Positions 45,442 to 53,826 of a stretch of DNA of 64,000 nucleotides are shown one piece after another; within the stretch, counting starts at the first letter, position 1, and every line of letters starts with the position of its first letter. The translations under genes and the position numbers were made by a program. The stretch is from a virus. Location: positions 1 to 64,000 of IMG/VR virus record IMGVR_UViG_3300049830_000142; one strand, given 5' to 3'. A model generated the notes under the pieces. The model had not been told where the DNA came from. It did no database searches and saw only the letters and a program-made list of their open reading frames with translations.

Positions 45442-45856
45442 ATGAAAACAATATCATTAGAAATATGCCAGAAAACGGAGTTTCAATTCGTCGGACGGTG
45501 GTTACAGCACGACGACGAGCTAGTCAAGTTTAAGCTCGACTTACTAAAATCATGGGATAAGCTTGTGGCAGGACTGGCTTTAATAACTGACTTACACCCA
45601 ACTGAGGAGATTATTAACAAACATCTTTTTACGTTGGTTTTTGAAAAAAAATGGTAAACCTATTCAAATCAAGGATAACGATAACTATTTAGTCATCGTG
45701 TTCAATGTGATTACAGCTGCCTCCGAATTTTTAGCGAATGACGAGGTGATAGTTTGTAGTAAGAAACACCCTGGGCAAATCCCGCCAGGCAGCATTGTAT
45801 GGCCTGACTGTGAAGTTAGTGAAGAGCTATTCGAGTTGCTGTTTAAGCCAAATTAA
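45442..45856 (+). CDS. hypothetical protein, apparently one gene split at an A8 tract (track ORFs 45442..45657 and 45641..45856)
   Basis: Removing one A from A8 at 45644-45651 joins FTLVFEK to NGKPIQIK. The second ORF has only a TTG start and no separate leader. Confidence 0.45.
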
Positions 45857-45863
45857 CAATCAC

Positions 45864-45889
45864 AAAGGGGACTGCAAACCCTTTTTTTT
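45864..45889. terminator. probable bidirectional terminator
   Basis: AAAGGG..CCC followed by T8 at a convergent junction. Confidence 0.55.
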
Positions 45890-47696
45890 AGCTAAGAGGA
45901 TTCCTAGACCAGTAGTTCTGATCTCCCTCAGTCATCATGTGGAGGATCTCGTCATTCATCTGCTCTTTACGATTAGCCAAAGCTCTGATGTATTGATCAA
46001 CACCACCCGGCTGTTTATTAAACGTCATTCTATCCCAGAAAGAAGGCTGTGGTTGGGCTAAGTAACGTTGCACTAGTAGATTCTGTTTATCGGCTGGCAA
46101 GTCGTCATGAGAGTGGAAACGAGCACCTCTACCAATGATCTGCTTTTCCTTAGCTACATTAAAGTGTGGGTCAAGCATCTGGATTAATCTAGTACCTCTA
46201 AGATCCAATCCTTCTGCACCAGCTGAGCTAATTAGCAAAGCCCTTATCTTATTAGCATTGTAATCCCTGACCATCTGCTCACGTTGTGCTGGGTTAACAG
46301 CACCTGAGAACTCGCCATAAGGAATGTTGTTCTTTTGCAACAGCTGTTCATAAGGCTTTAGACCACTCTGCAAATAGTTACTATAGACCACACCTTTATA
46401 ACTAGGGTCTTTAGCCATCTGTTGTTTAAGGAAACGGAAAGCATTGTCAATCTTAGGCTGCTGTAACTCATTCTTTCTAGTAGTGAAACCAGAGGTAGTA
46501 TTACTAACCTGTCTCACACCTCCTAAGAATGCTCGCATAGGCTCGAGCTCACCTTTACCTGGGGGCAAACCATTCCTGACTTTCCATCTCACCCACCAAG
46601 GAGCTTTACCCATGATAGAGTTGTAGATGTCTTGTTGATGCTGACCCATAGGCACAGCAACTTCTTTTTCAGTTACACTAGGGTAGCCTTCGTGTGGCGC
46701 GGCGTAGTAGTCTACGTACTTATCTAAAACTTTCTTCAACTCATCTCTGTTTTGAAGATGTTGTTCAACACCAGGCTTAACACCCATGAGCTTTCCTAAG
46801 ATACCTGGACTGACTTCCTCTTGCTTAAAGTACTTTTGATTGAAAGCTCCGGGAGAAGAAGGCAACACATCTTTACCAGCCGCTAAGTTAACTATGTTAG
46901 CTAAATCTGCTGGATTGTTATAGAGTGGTGTGCCTGAGAGTAGTAGACGTTTCTTAGGATGAGTCCTCTGAAGAGCTTGGTAAAGCTGGCTATTAGGATT
47001 ACGAGCTTTCTGCACTTCATCTACAATCTGTAATCCTTTATCATACATCGGAGTCTTGAGAGTGGGGTTCGCCAATCTCTGCTGACTTACGATGTTGACG
47101 TCTCTCGGAACACTACCTGTCCACTTCCTAAGCTCTTTACGATAGTTTTCTTGTAGAGCTGCTGGAACAACTACGTCAGTCGGCATCTTCAAAGACTTAT
47201 AGGCTTCGATACTAGACTTAGTTTTACCTGAACCAGTAGAATGAAATAGTACTAAACCTCTAGTACCTGGCTGATTAATCTTACGGACTACTCTAGCTTG
47301 TTGAGGAGGCATGTTAGCATCCCTCTCCTTGTCAAACTCAGTCCAGTCAGCTTTCTTTATAGCTCTATTACTTAACTGACGGTTACCTCCAATTACGGGG
47401 TAACCTTGGCGTCTCAATTTTTTAGCTAACAGTTCTTCAGCCTTCTCAGCTTCAAAGAAACTTAGTCTATTCTTATGAAATTCAGGTCTTAGCTTCAGAC
47501 CATGATTCTTCACCCAAGTGTTAGCTTTCAAGCCTTCCTTATGTTTCTTAAACCTTTCTTCAGCAGAAAGGCCGGACATACCTACGTAGAGCGGAGGTTT
47601 GTCTGGGTTATAGCTAGGATTAAGATCTCGTACTTTTTTTCTGTCTAGTACTTTCTTATCCAACTCAACCACATAAACGTTGTGAATTCCTGCCAT
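45888..47696 (-). CDS. GIY-YIG-like domain fused to an SF2 (SNF2-like) helicase
   Basis: VYVVEL..LYVGMSG..EERFKKH; then HSTGSGKT, IVDEVQ, LSGTP, SSAGAEGLDL, QIIGRGAR. Confidence 0.8.
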   Translation of the reverse strand: MAGIHNVYVVELDKKVLDRKKVRDLNPSYNPDKPPLYVGMSGLSAEERFKKHKEGLKANTWVKNHGLKLRPEFHKNRLSFFEAEKAEELLAKKLRRQGYPVIGGNRQLSNRAIKKADWTEFDKERDANMPPQQARVVRKINQPGTRGLVLFHSTGSGKTKSSIEAYKSLKMPTDVVVPAALQENYRKELRKWTGSVPRDVNIVSQQRLANPTLKTPMYDKGLQIVDEVQKARNPNSQLYQALQRTHPKKRLLLSGTPLYNNPADLANIVNLAAGKDVLPSSPGAFNQKYFKQEEVSPGILGKLMGVKPGVEQHLQNRDELKKVLDKYVDYYAAPHEGYPSVTEKEVAVPMGQHQQDIYNSIMGKAPWWVRWKVRNGLPPGKGELEPMRAFLGGVRQVSNTTSGFTTRKNELQQPKIDNAFRFLKQQMAKDPSYKGVVYSNYLQSGLKPYEQLLQKNNIPYGEFSGAVNPAQREQMVRDYNANKIRALLISSAGAEGLDLRGTRLIQMLDPHFNVAKEKQIIGRGARFHSHDDLPADKQNLLVQRYLAQPQPSFWDRMTFNKQPGGVDQYIRALANRKEQMNDEILHMMTEGDQNYWSRNPLS

Positions 47697-48391
47697 TATT
47701 GTTTAGCCATATTTTGGCTTTTCAAAAATTGTTCTATCAGACTAATCCTACCTGCATTTCTCTCAGGTGTTTGTTGGTTAACTAAAGAATTTTGCATTTC
47801 TTTTGCTGTATTCTCATAGTTGTTTGCCTTTAATGATTCTAGTAGTTTTGGCCACTTTGTCAAACTACCTGTTTGATAGCCTAAGTCAACTACTGAATCT
47901 TTGACTGGTTGTGGAGTTGAACCCCAATTATTACCAACCAACTTCCCAATACTAGCATCTACATTGTTAACTTTATTAGTCAAGGCGCTGGCAGCTTCAG
48001 GTTCAGTTACCTTACCTAACTGCAGCATTTTAGGATCAGTTGAGCCATAGCCTATTGTCTTATGTCCTAAAGTGTCATTGTAAGGTTCACTACGAAATCC
48101 TTCTTCCTGTTTTAACCTAGCATAAATATCAGGGCTTGAAGCAACTCTTGGTGCTGTAGACACGGGTGGAATAGAGACAGGTTGTGCTCTATGTAATGGT
48201 GTCATAGTACCATCTGAATGCCTGGTAACCGGATTCTGGATAGACTTGGCAACGTCACCGGCTATCCTAGTTTGCGCAGGTTGTAATCCTACTTTAGGCG
48301 CTTGCTGCACATTTACTCCTGTACTAACTGAATTAGTCAGGACAGCTGCTTTGATCATGCCAGTCAAGAATGCATTAAAGACTTTACTCAT
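47696..48391 (-). CDS. T4-type (GH24) lysozyme with a K-x-A leader and linker
   Basis: LKQEEGFRSEPYNDTLGHKTIGYG catalytic E..D..T; N-terminal FLTGMIKAA. Confidence 0.85.
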   Translation of the reverse strand: MSKVFNAFLTGMIKAAVLTNSVSTGVNVQQAPKVGLQPAQTRIAGDVAKSIQNPVTRHSDGTMTPLHRAQPVSIPPVSTAPRVASSPDIYARLKQEEGFRSEPYNDTLGHKTIGYGSTDPKMLQLGKVTEPEAASALTNKVNNVDASIGKLVGNNWGSTPQPVKDSVVDLGYQTGSLTKWPKLLESLKANNYENTAKEMQNSLVNQQTPERNAGRISLIEQFLKSQNMAKQ

Positions 48392-48429
48392 AATAGATCT
48401 TCACTTATGTTAGCTTAATATAACCGACA

Positions 48430-48458
48430 TTGCAAACCGTAAGTTAGTCAGGTACACT
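48430..48458 (+). promoter_or_regulatory. sigma70 promoter feeding a leaderless mini-ORF and the RNAP gene
   Basis: TTGCAA-N17-TACACT, then 6 nt, then ATG 48465. Confidence 0.6.
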
Positions 48459-48464
48459 ATTTAT

Positions 48465-48500
48465 ATGCCAAATGACAAGGAATATTTCAAAGACTCATAA
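48465..48500 (+). CDS. 11-aa upstream mini-ORF (MPNDKEYFKDS)
   Basis: Sits at the leaderless position of the promoter and stops 8 nt before the RNAP ATG. Confidence 0.4.
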   Translation: MPNDKEYFKDS

Positions 48501-48508
48501 ACGTTAAT

Positions 48509-51466
48509 ATGCGCTATACTGTATTAGACAAAGGCAACTTCAAGAAAGTAGATAAGCTGGACGACGACCATCTATCATTTCCTAGTTCCCGAGACCTATT
48601 TTCCATGCCCAGTAACCTTATCACAGGATTGGGTGGTGTGTCTGGTGGTCGTATTTTGCTAGGTGCCAAGGCTTCACTACAAAGCATTCCTCTAGTCAAC
48701 CCAGAAAGACCTTTAGTAGAAAGCTCAGATGACAATGACAAAGAGAGTACTCAAGAAAAGTTTGGTAAGCATTATCTGTCAGTCACGGCTACAAAACCTG
48801 GTATAGTTGATGAAGTGACTGATGAGCATATCAAAGTAAAGAATAAGGATGGTAGTCACAGTACTTATCAGCTTTACAAGAATTTTAACTTAGGACGTAA
48901 AAGCTTCATTACTAACACTGCGATAGTGAAGGCTGGTCATCAAGTGAAGACAGACGAGGTGTTGGCTCACTCCAACTACACCGACCCTAAAGGTAACATG
49001 GCATTAGGTGTTAATTTGACTACCGCTATCATGCCATTTAGATCCGACAACTTCGAGGATGCTTATGCTGTGACTGAGTCAGGTGCTAAAAAGTTGGCAG
49101 CGGAACAGATGCTAAAATATCATCTAGAAAAGAAATTTGGTGTTGATGCAGACAAGAATAAATTTATTGCGCTATTCCCAAACAAGTATACCAATGATCA
49201 AATCAAAGGTATTGACTCTGATGGTGTAATCAAACCTGGTACTGTAGTTCATGCAGGTGACCCAGTTCTATTAGCTTTTTCTCCTAGAGCACTTAAAAGC
49301 ACAGACTTAGCATTAGGTAAACTAAGCAAAGTATTGAAGCACGCTTTCAAAGATAACTCTGAGATCTGGGACTATGAACATCCTGGTACAGTCGTAGATG
49401 TATCTAAGCACGGTGAGTTGATTACAGTTCACATTAAAACTGAGCGTAGTCTATTACCTGGTGATAAGATTGGTAGTATCTTCGGTGCAAAAGGTGTAGC
49501 CACAATTATACCAGACTCACAATCTCCGACTACTCCTGATGGCAAGCCTGTGGATATTATGCTTAACTCAATGAGCATTACATCTAGAGTAGCCCCAGCT
49601 CTAGCCGTTACACTAGGACTAGGCAAACTAGCTCAAAAGAAAAAGGAAGTGATCAAGATGGACCAGTTCACTAAAGAATCGTCAATTGGTAAAGTTCTTA
49701 AAGTACTGGCCAAGAATGACATTTCAGATACCGAGACTGGTAGGAATATTGAGGCTGTTGTTGGACCTCTTTATTATAATCGTCTTACTCACATCTCTGA
49801 GGACAAGCTCAGTACGAGGTCGCAGGGTACAGGCTACTCGTTCGACATGCAGCCTAGCAAAACGACTGGCGAATCTAGTAAAAGGATCGGTAACCTTGGT
49901 ACTACTGCCTTGCTTAGCCATGATGTTAAACATGTATTGGAAGACATTGGTACCGTTAAAGGTACAAAGAACGATGATTTCTGGAGAGCCCTTAAACTAG
50001 GCCAGACTCCACCACCACCTAAAGTACCTTTCATTTTCAACAAGTTTATTGCTAGCTTACAGTCTGCTGGGGTAAACGTGAAACGAGATGGCAGTGTATT
50101 TAACATCATGCCAATGACCGACAAGGATACGTTGGCTATCAGTAATGGTGAAATCAAAAAGCCTACGATGTTCAAACCTCATCAAGATGAACTAGTGCAT
50201 GAACCAGGTGGTCTATTCGATCCTAATACAGTCGGTATCTTGGGTGACAAGTTCAATCATATTAGTCTTAACCATTCCGTACCTAATCCTATCAGCGAAG
50301 ACTATCTTCGTAAATTGTTAGGAGTCACTAAACTCAAGTTTAATGCTATGGTGGTAGATGGTACGATGGAAAAAGAATTAGGCAAGATGAACCTCGACAA
50401 CAAGATTACTGAAATGCGTCAGTATATCGAGGGCGGTAAAAAGACTAAACGTGATGATGCTGTAAAGATTTTGGAATTTTTGACTACGTTAAAGAAGAAG
50501 GGTATCAAGATTAGCGATTTGATGTTGACCAAGATTCCTATCTTACCAGCACAGTTCAGACCAGCTAGTAAGATGGGTGACGTTGTATTGACTAGCGATG
50601 TAAACAACCTTTACAAAGATCTTATCCTAAATAACAATTCTTTGAAAGATACGGCACATATACCTGAAGAGTTGATCAGCAAACTAAAGCAAGATCAGTA
50701 TGACGGTGTAAAGGCTGTGTTTGGTTTGGGTGATCCTATTAATAAGAAGCATGCTGATAAGAATGTAAAAGGTATCTTAGCTACTATGCTAGGTCTAAAA
50801 GGCGGTACTGCTAAATCAACGATGTTCCAGAGCAAGGTCGTTAATAAATCATTGGACTTAGTAGGTAGAGCAGTTTTGACTCCTGACACTAGGCTAGACG
50901 TGGATCAAGCTAGCGTCCCTCAAGATTTGCTGTGGCAGGTATACAAACCTTTCGTAATTCGTAGATTAGTCATGAAAGGCGTCCCAGCTGTATCTGCTGT
51001 AGACTATGTCAAAAAGCACAGTTCGTTGGCAGTTCAAGCTTTGAAAGAAGAGATGGCTGAGAGACCTGGTATTGTAACTCGTGACCCAGCTTGGCACAAA
51101 TTTAACTTGATGGGTTTTCATCTCATCCCTAATCCTAATCCTAAGGACAAGACACTAAAACTAAACCCATTAGTGTTCAAAGGATTCGGTGCTGACAACG
51201 ACGGTGACCAGCTAAACATCCACGTACCGGCTACTGAAGAAGCTAGGAAAGAAGTATTGGCAAAAATGTTACCTAGCAAGAACTTGTTATCAGCCAAGTC
51301 ATTTAGCCCAGTACTCATTCCATCAAACGAATCAGCTCTAGGTTTATATTCGCTTAGCACTGAGAAGAATACTAAAGCAGCCCGTAAATATAAGACGGAG
51401 GCGGAGGTGGTGAAAGCCTATAACTCAGGTCACTTAGAAGAGGGTGACCAGATAGAAATAGGATAA
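48509..51466 (+). CDS. RNA polymerase: beta C-terminal part fused to beta' N-terminal part, containing the catalytic site
   Basis: Beta: GRILLGAKASLQSIPL, MPFRSDNFEDA, GDKIGSIFGAKG, YYNRLTH..KLSTRS. Beta': GGLFDP, IPILPAQFRP, SDVNNLY, RDPAWH, GADNDGDQ. Confidence 0.93.
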   Translation: MRYTVLDKGNFKKVDKLDDDHLSFPSSRDLFSMPSNLITGLGGVSGGRILLGAKASLQSIPLVNPERPLVESSDDNDKESTQEKFGKHYLSVTATKPGIVDEVTDEHIKVKNKDGSHSTYQLYKNFNLGRKSFITNTAIVKAGHQVKTDEVLAHSNYTDPKGNMALGVNLTTAIMPFRSDNFEDAYAVTESGAKKLAAEQMLKYHLEKKFGVDADKNKFIALFPNKYTNDQIKGIDSDGVIKPGTVVHAGDPVLLAFSPRALKSTDLALGKLSKVLKHAFKDNSEIWDYEHPGTVVDVSKHGELITVHIKTERSLLPGDKIGSIFGAKGVATIIPDSQSPTTPDGKPVDIMLNSMSITSRVAPALAVTLGLGKLAQKKKEVIKMDQFTKESSIGKVLKVLAKNDISDTETGRNIEAVVGPLYYNRLTHISEDKLSTRSQGTGYSFDMQPSKTTGESSKRIGNLGTTALLSHDVKHVLEDIGTVKGTKNDDFWRALKLGQTPPPPKVPFIFNKFIASLQSAGVNVKRDGSVFNIMPMTDKDTLAISNGEIKKPTMFKPHQDELVHEPGGLFDPNTVGILGDKFNHISLNHSVPNPISEDYLRKLLGVTKLKFNAMVVDGTMEKELGKMNLDNKITEMRQYIEGGKKTKRDDAVKILEFLTTLKKKGIKISDLMLTKIPILPAQFRPASKMGDVVLTSDVNNLYKDLILNNNSLKDTAHIPEELISKLKQDQYDGVKAVFGLGDPINKKHADKNVKGILATMLGLKGGTAKSTMFQSKVVNKSLDLVGRAVLTPDTRLDVDQASVPQDLLWQVYKPFVIRRLVMKGVPAVSAVDYVKKHSSLAVQALKEEMAERPGIVTRDPAWHKFNLMGFHLIPNPNPKDKTLKLNPLVFKGFGADNDGDQLNIHVPATEEARKEVLAKMLPSKNLLSAKSFSPVLIPSNESALGLYSLSTEKNTKAARKYKTEAEVVKAYNSGHLEEGDQIEIG

Positions 51467-51496
51467 TTGTAGACTACGACAAATTTCCCTGGTATT

Positions 51497-51721
51497 ATGA
51501 TTGTAACTAAAGACTTGTGGCTCACGCTCACTCCAAAACAAAGGTTGGAGAAGTTAACGGAAGCCCTCTCACAATTGAAAGAAATTGGCACAAAGAATAG
51601 TAGACTCAAGGTAAAAGTTGACCAAGGAAGATTGGCCAACGCTAAGAAAGACCTCGAAGCTTTTGTGATTAACGTCGTGACCTGGGAATCTGATAGACAG
51701 CTACAAAAATATCATGGATAA
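51497..51721 (+). CDS. small hypothetical protein
   Basis: 74-aa helical ORF overlapping the HNH start. Confidence 0.55.
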   Translation: MIVTKDLWLTLTPKQRLEKLTEALSQLKEIGTKNSRLKVKVDQGRLANAKKDLEAFVINVVTWESDRQLQKYHG

Positions 51722-52217
51722 AGTTTGCCATAAGTGCGATGAATCAAAACCAACGACAGAATTTCGTAATAGAAAATCTGCAGCGGATGGCTTATCCTAT
51801 TATTGTAAGAGTTGCCTACAAACTAATGACAAGGGTTACTACAAGAAAAACCATGCAAAGTGTATACAAGCTGGTGTGAAATATACACGTAATCGTAGAA
51901 AAACAGATATAACCTTTAGATTACGTGCATTACTGAATAACAGAACTAGAATAGCAATAACGTCCAATTTGAAACAATCAAGTACAATTAAACTGCTTGG
52001 ATGTACCATCCTACAAGCAAGAAAATACATAGAGTCGCAATTTAAGCCTGGTATGAATTGGAGTAACCATTCATTAACAGGTTGGCACATTGATCATAAA
52101 TTACCTTGTGCAGCCTTCGATTTAACGAAAGAATCAGAGCAAAGAAAGTGTTTTCATTACACTAATCTCCAACCTCTTTGGGCTCATGAAAATCTTTCAA
52201 AAAGTGATAATATTTAA
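51714..52217 (+). CDS. HNH endonuclease
   Basis: CHKC..YYCKSC; FKPGMNWSNH..WHIDHKLPCAAF..CFHYTNLQPLWA.ENLSK. Confidence 0.88.
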   Translation: MDKVCHKCDESKPTTEFRNRKSAADGLSYYCKSCLQTNDKGYYKKNHAKCIQAGVKYTRNRRKTDITFRLRALLNNRTRIAITSNLKQSSTIKLLGCTILQARKYIESQFKPGMNWSNHSLTGWHIDHKLPCAAFDLTKESEQRKCFHYTNLQPLWAHENLSKSDNI

Positions 52218-52219
52218 TT

Positions 52220-52849
52220 ATGCCAACATACGGACAAATTCTACAAGATTTAGATTGCTCACTTACTAAGCGAGCTTTCATTCCTTCTCCAACTGGTGGA
52301 GGCGGTGGACAACCTGGACAGCAACCACAAGGTGGACAGCCTCCTGGTCAAGGCGATCCAGCACAGCAACAGGAGATGCAACAATTTGCACAACAAATAC
52401 AACAACAGCAAGCGGCTCAAGGTGGGCAAGGCGGTCAACAACCACAAGGTCAGCCAGGTCAAGGTGACCCTTCTCAAGGCAAGCCTCAAGATCCTAATGC
52501 ACCTCCTGGAGGCGATCTATCTCCTAAGGGTATGGCTCAGAGTTTGAAGAACACTGCAGTAACAGTTACTGTAGCGGACTTGCTCGACCTCGTATCTGGT
52601 GGCAAGGCAAGTCAAGCACATCTCAAGACTGAATCAATGAAAGTCCAACACGGCTTTAAGCACAGGGAGATGTTGCAGAAGGAACAGGACAAACAGCAGC
52701 AGAAAGAACAGGAACGCCAGCAGCAGGCTCAGATGCAGGCTCAACAGCAGCAAGGCATGATGGGCGGCGGTATTTATGGCGGCGGCCCAATGGACGGGCA
52801 AAATGCTCCTGGACAACCAGGTCAACCACCTCAACAAGGAGGCATGTAA
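52220..52849 (+). CDS. Gln/Gly/Pro-rich low-complexity protein
   Basis: LTKRA leader; QPGQQPQGGQ-type tracts flanking a short ordered core. Confidence 0.7.
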   Translation: MPTYGQILQDLDCSLTKRAFIPSPTGGGGGQPGQQPQGGQPPGQGDPAQQQEMQQFAQQIQQQQAAQGGQGGQQPQGQPGQGDPSQGKPQDPNAPPGGDLSPKGMAQSLKNTAVTVTVADLLDLVSGGKASQAHLKTESMKVQHGFKHREMLQKEQDKQQQKEQERQQQAQMQAQQQQGMMGGGIYGGGPMDGQNAPGQPGQPPQQGGM

Positions 52850-52852
52850 TTT

Positions 52853-53479
52853 ATGGATAAGCTAGAACAAGGATACATCGACGGATTTGTTAAAGCTGCA
52901 AATGCACTTAGCGCAGGTATTGTGGCCGGCGTTAAACAACCTATGGAAAGCGCTGAGTCAGCTATAGCTAGGCTACAAAGTCAGAAAACAAAAGATTTCG
53001 TTATGCCTAATAGGAAAAACTTGCTAGGCCAACCTTTAAGTGGTGGTCCTGGATTAAATGCTCCTAACGGTATCAAAGATAAGTTGCATAGCCTATGGAA
53101 TGACCCTAAGAGCAATACTATAGGTGACATGTCATTAAGGAAAGCTACTGGATTAGGTGCAGGATTAGGTGCAGGAACAATTGCAGCTAGCCAAGGTGCA
53201 GGTGCTCTAACCTCAGGTATGGGTGGACATCCTTCTGACTTAGCCCAACGTACTCAAGAAGCTACGCAAGGTCCTTCTATTGATCCTAGTGGTCTTTATG
53301 AAATGCTAAAGCAACATCTGTCTAAACATGAAGTAGGTTACGGTGTAGGTGGTGCAGCTCTTGGTTTAGGTGGCTTAGGCTACTACTTGAGCAAGCATAA
53401 AAATAAAAAGAAAATAGACGAAGGTCAAATACCTTTTAGCTCAGGCGAAGACGAACCAGGCGTAGAGACCAATGAATAA
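52853..53479 (+). CDS. probable virion protein with K-x-A leader and glycine zippers
   Basis: GYIDGFVKAA; GLGAGLGAG; GVGGAALGLGGLGYYL. Confidence 0.6.
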   Translation: MDKLEQGYIDGFVKAANALSAGIVAGVKQPMESAESAIARLQSQKTKDFVMPNRKNLLGQPLSGGPGLNAPNGIKDKLHSLWNDPKSNTIGDMSLRKATGLGAGLGAGTIAASQGAGALTSGMGGHPSDLAQRTQEATQGPSIDPSGLYEMLKQHLSKHEVGYGVGGAALGLGGLGYYLSKHKNKKKIDEGQIPFSSGEDEPGVETNE

Positions 53480-53826
53480 TGAACTTCACTTTACTACAGT
53501 CTTTCTTGGAGCAGTCTTACAACTCAGCCAATCCTAAGATTAAAAGAGCAGCTGAGACTTTGACTGACCAGATGGTGGCCGCTAAAGAGACGGAAGAGAT
53601 TGAGCAGCCGACACTACATTCTGAGGAACGTAATCAGCCGTTGAATAACAGACCTAAGGACGAGATCGATAAACATCTATCTACTTGGATGCCTGATATC
53701 GTAAAACCTGATCCTGAAGTATCTGAATTCGGTAAAGCGGCTTCTATGTTTGACTTATACAGTAAAAAGTTGAATACTAAGCCTACACTATTTCAAAGAT
53801 ATGGCTTACACAACAACGGTAGGTAA
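53479..53826 (+). CDS. hypothetical protein with K-x-A motifs
   Basis: IKRAA, GKAA; TAATG coupling. Confidence 0.6.
   Translation: MNFTLLQSFLEQSYNSANPKIKRAAETLTDQMVAAKETEEIEQPTLHSEERNQPLNNRPKDEIDKHLSTWMPDIVKPDPEVSEFGKAASMFDLYSKKLNTKPTLFQRYGLHNNGR

Noticed and set aside
49710-49790. Possible small deletion in RNAP beta near ISDTETGR
   Set aside because: The segment can be aligned directly to the bacterial LYDGRTGE motif, so no lesion needs to be assumed.
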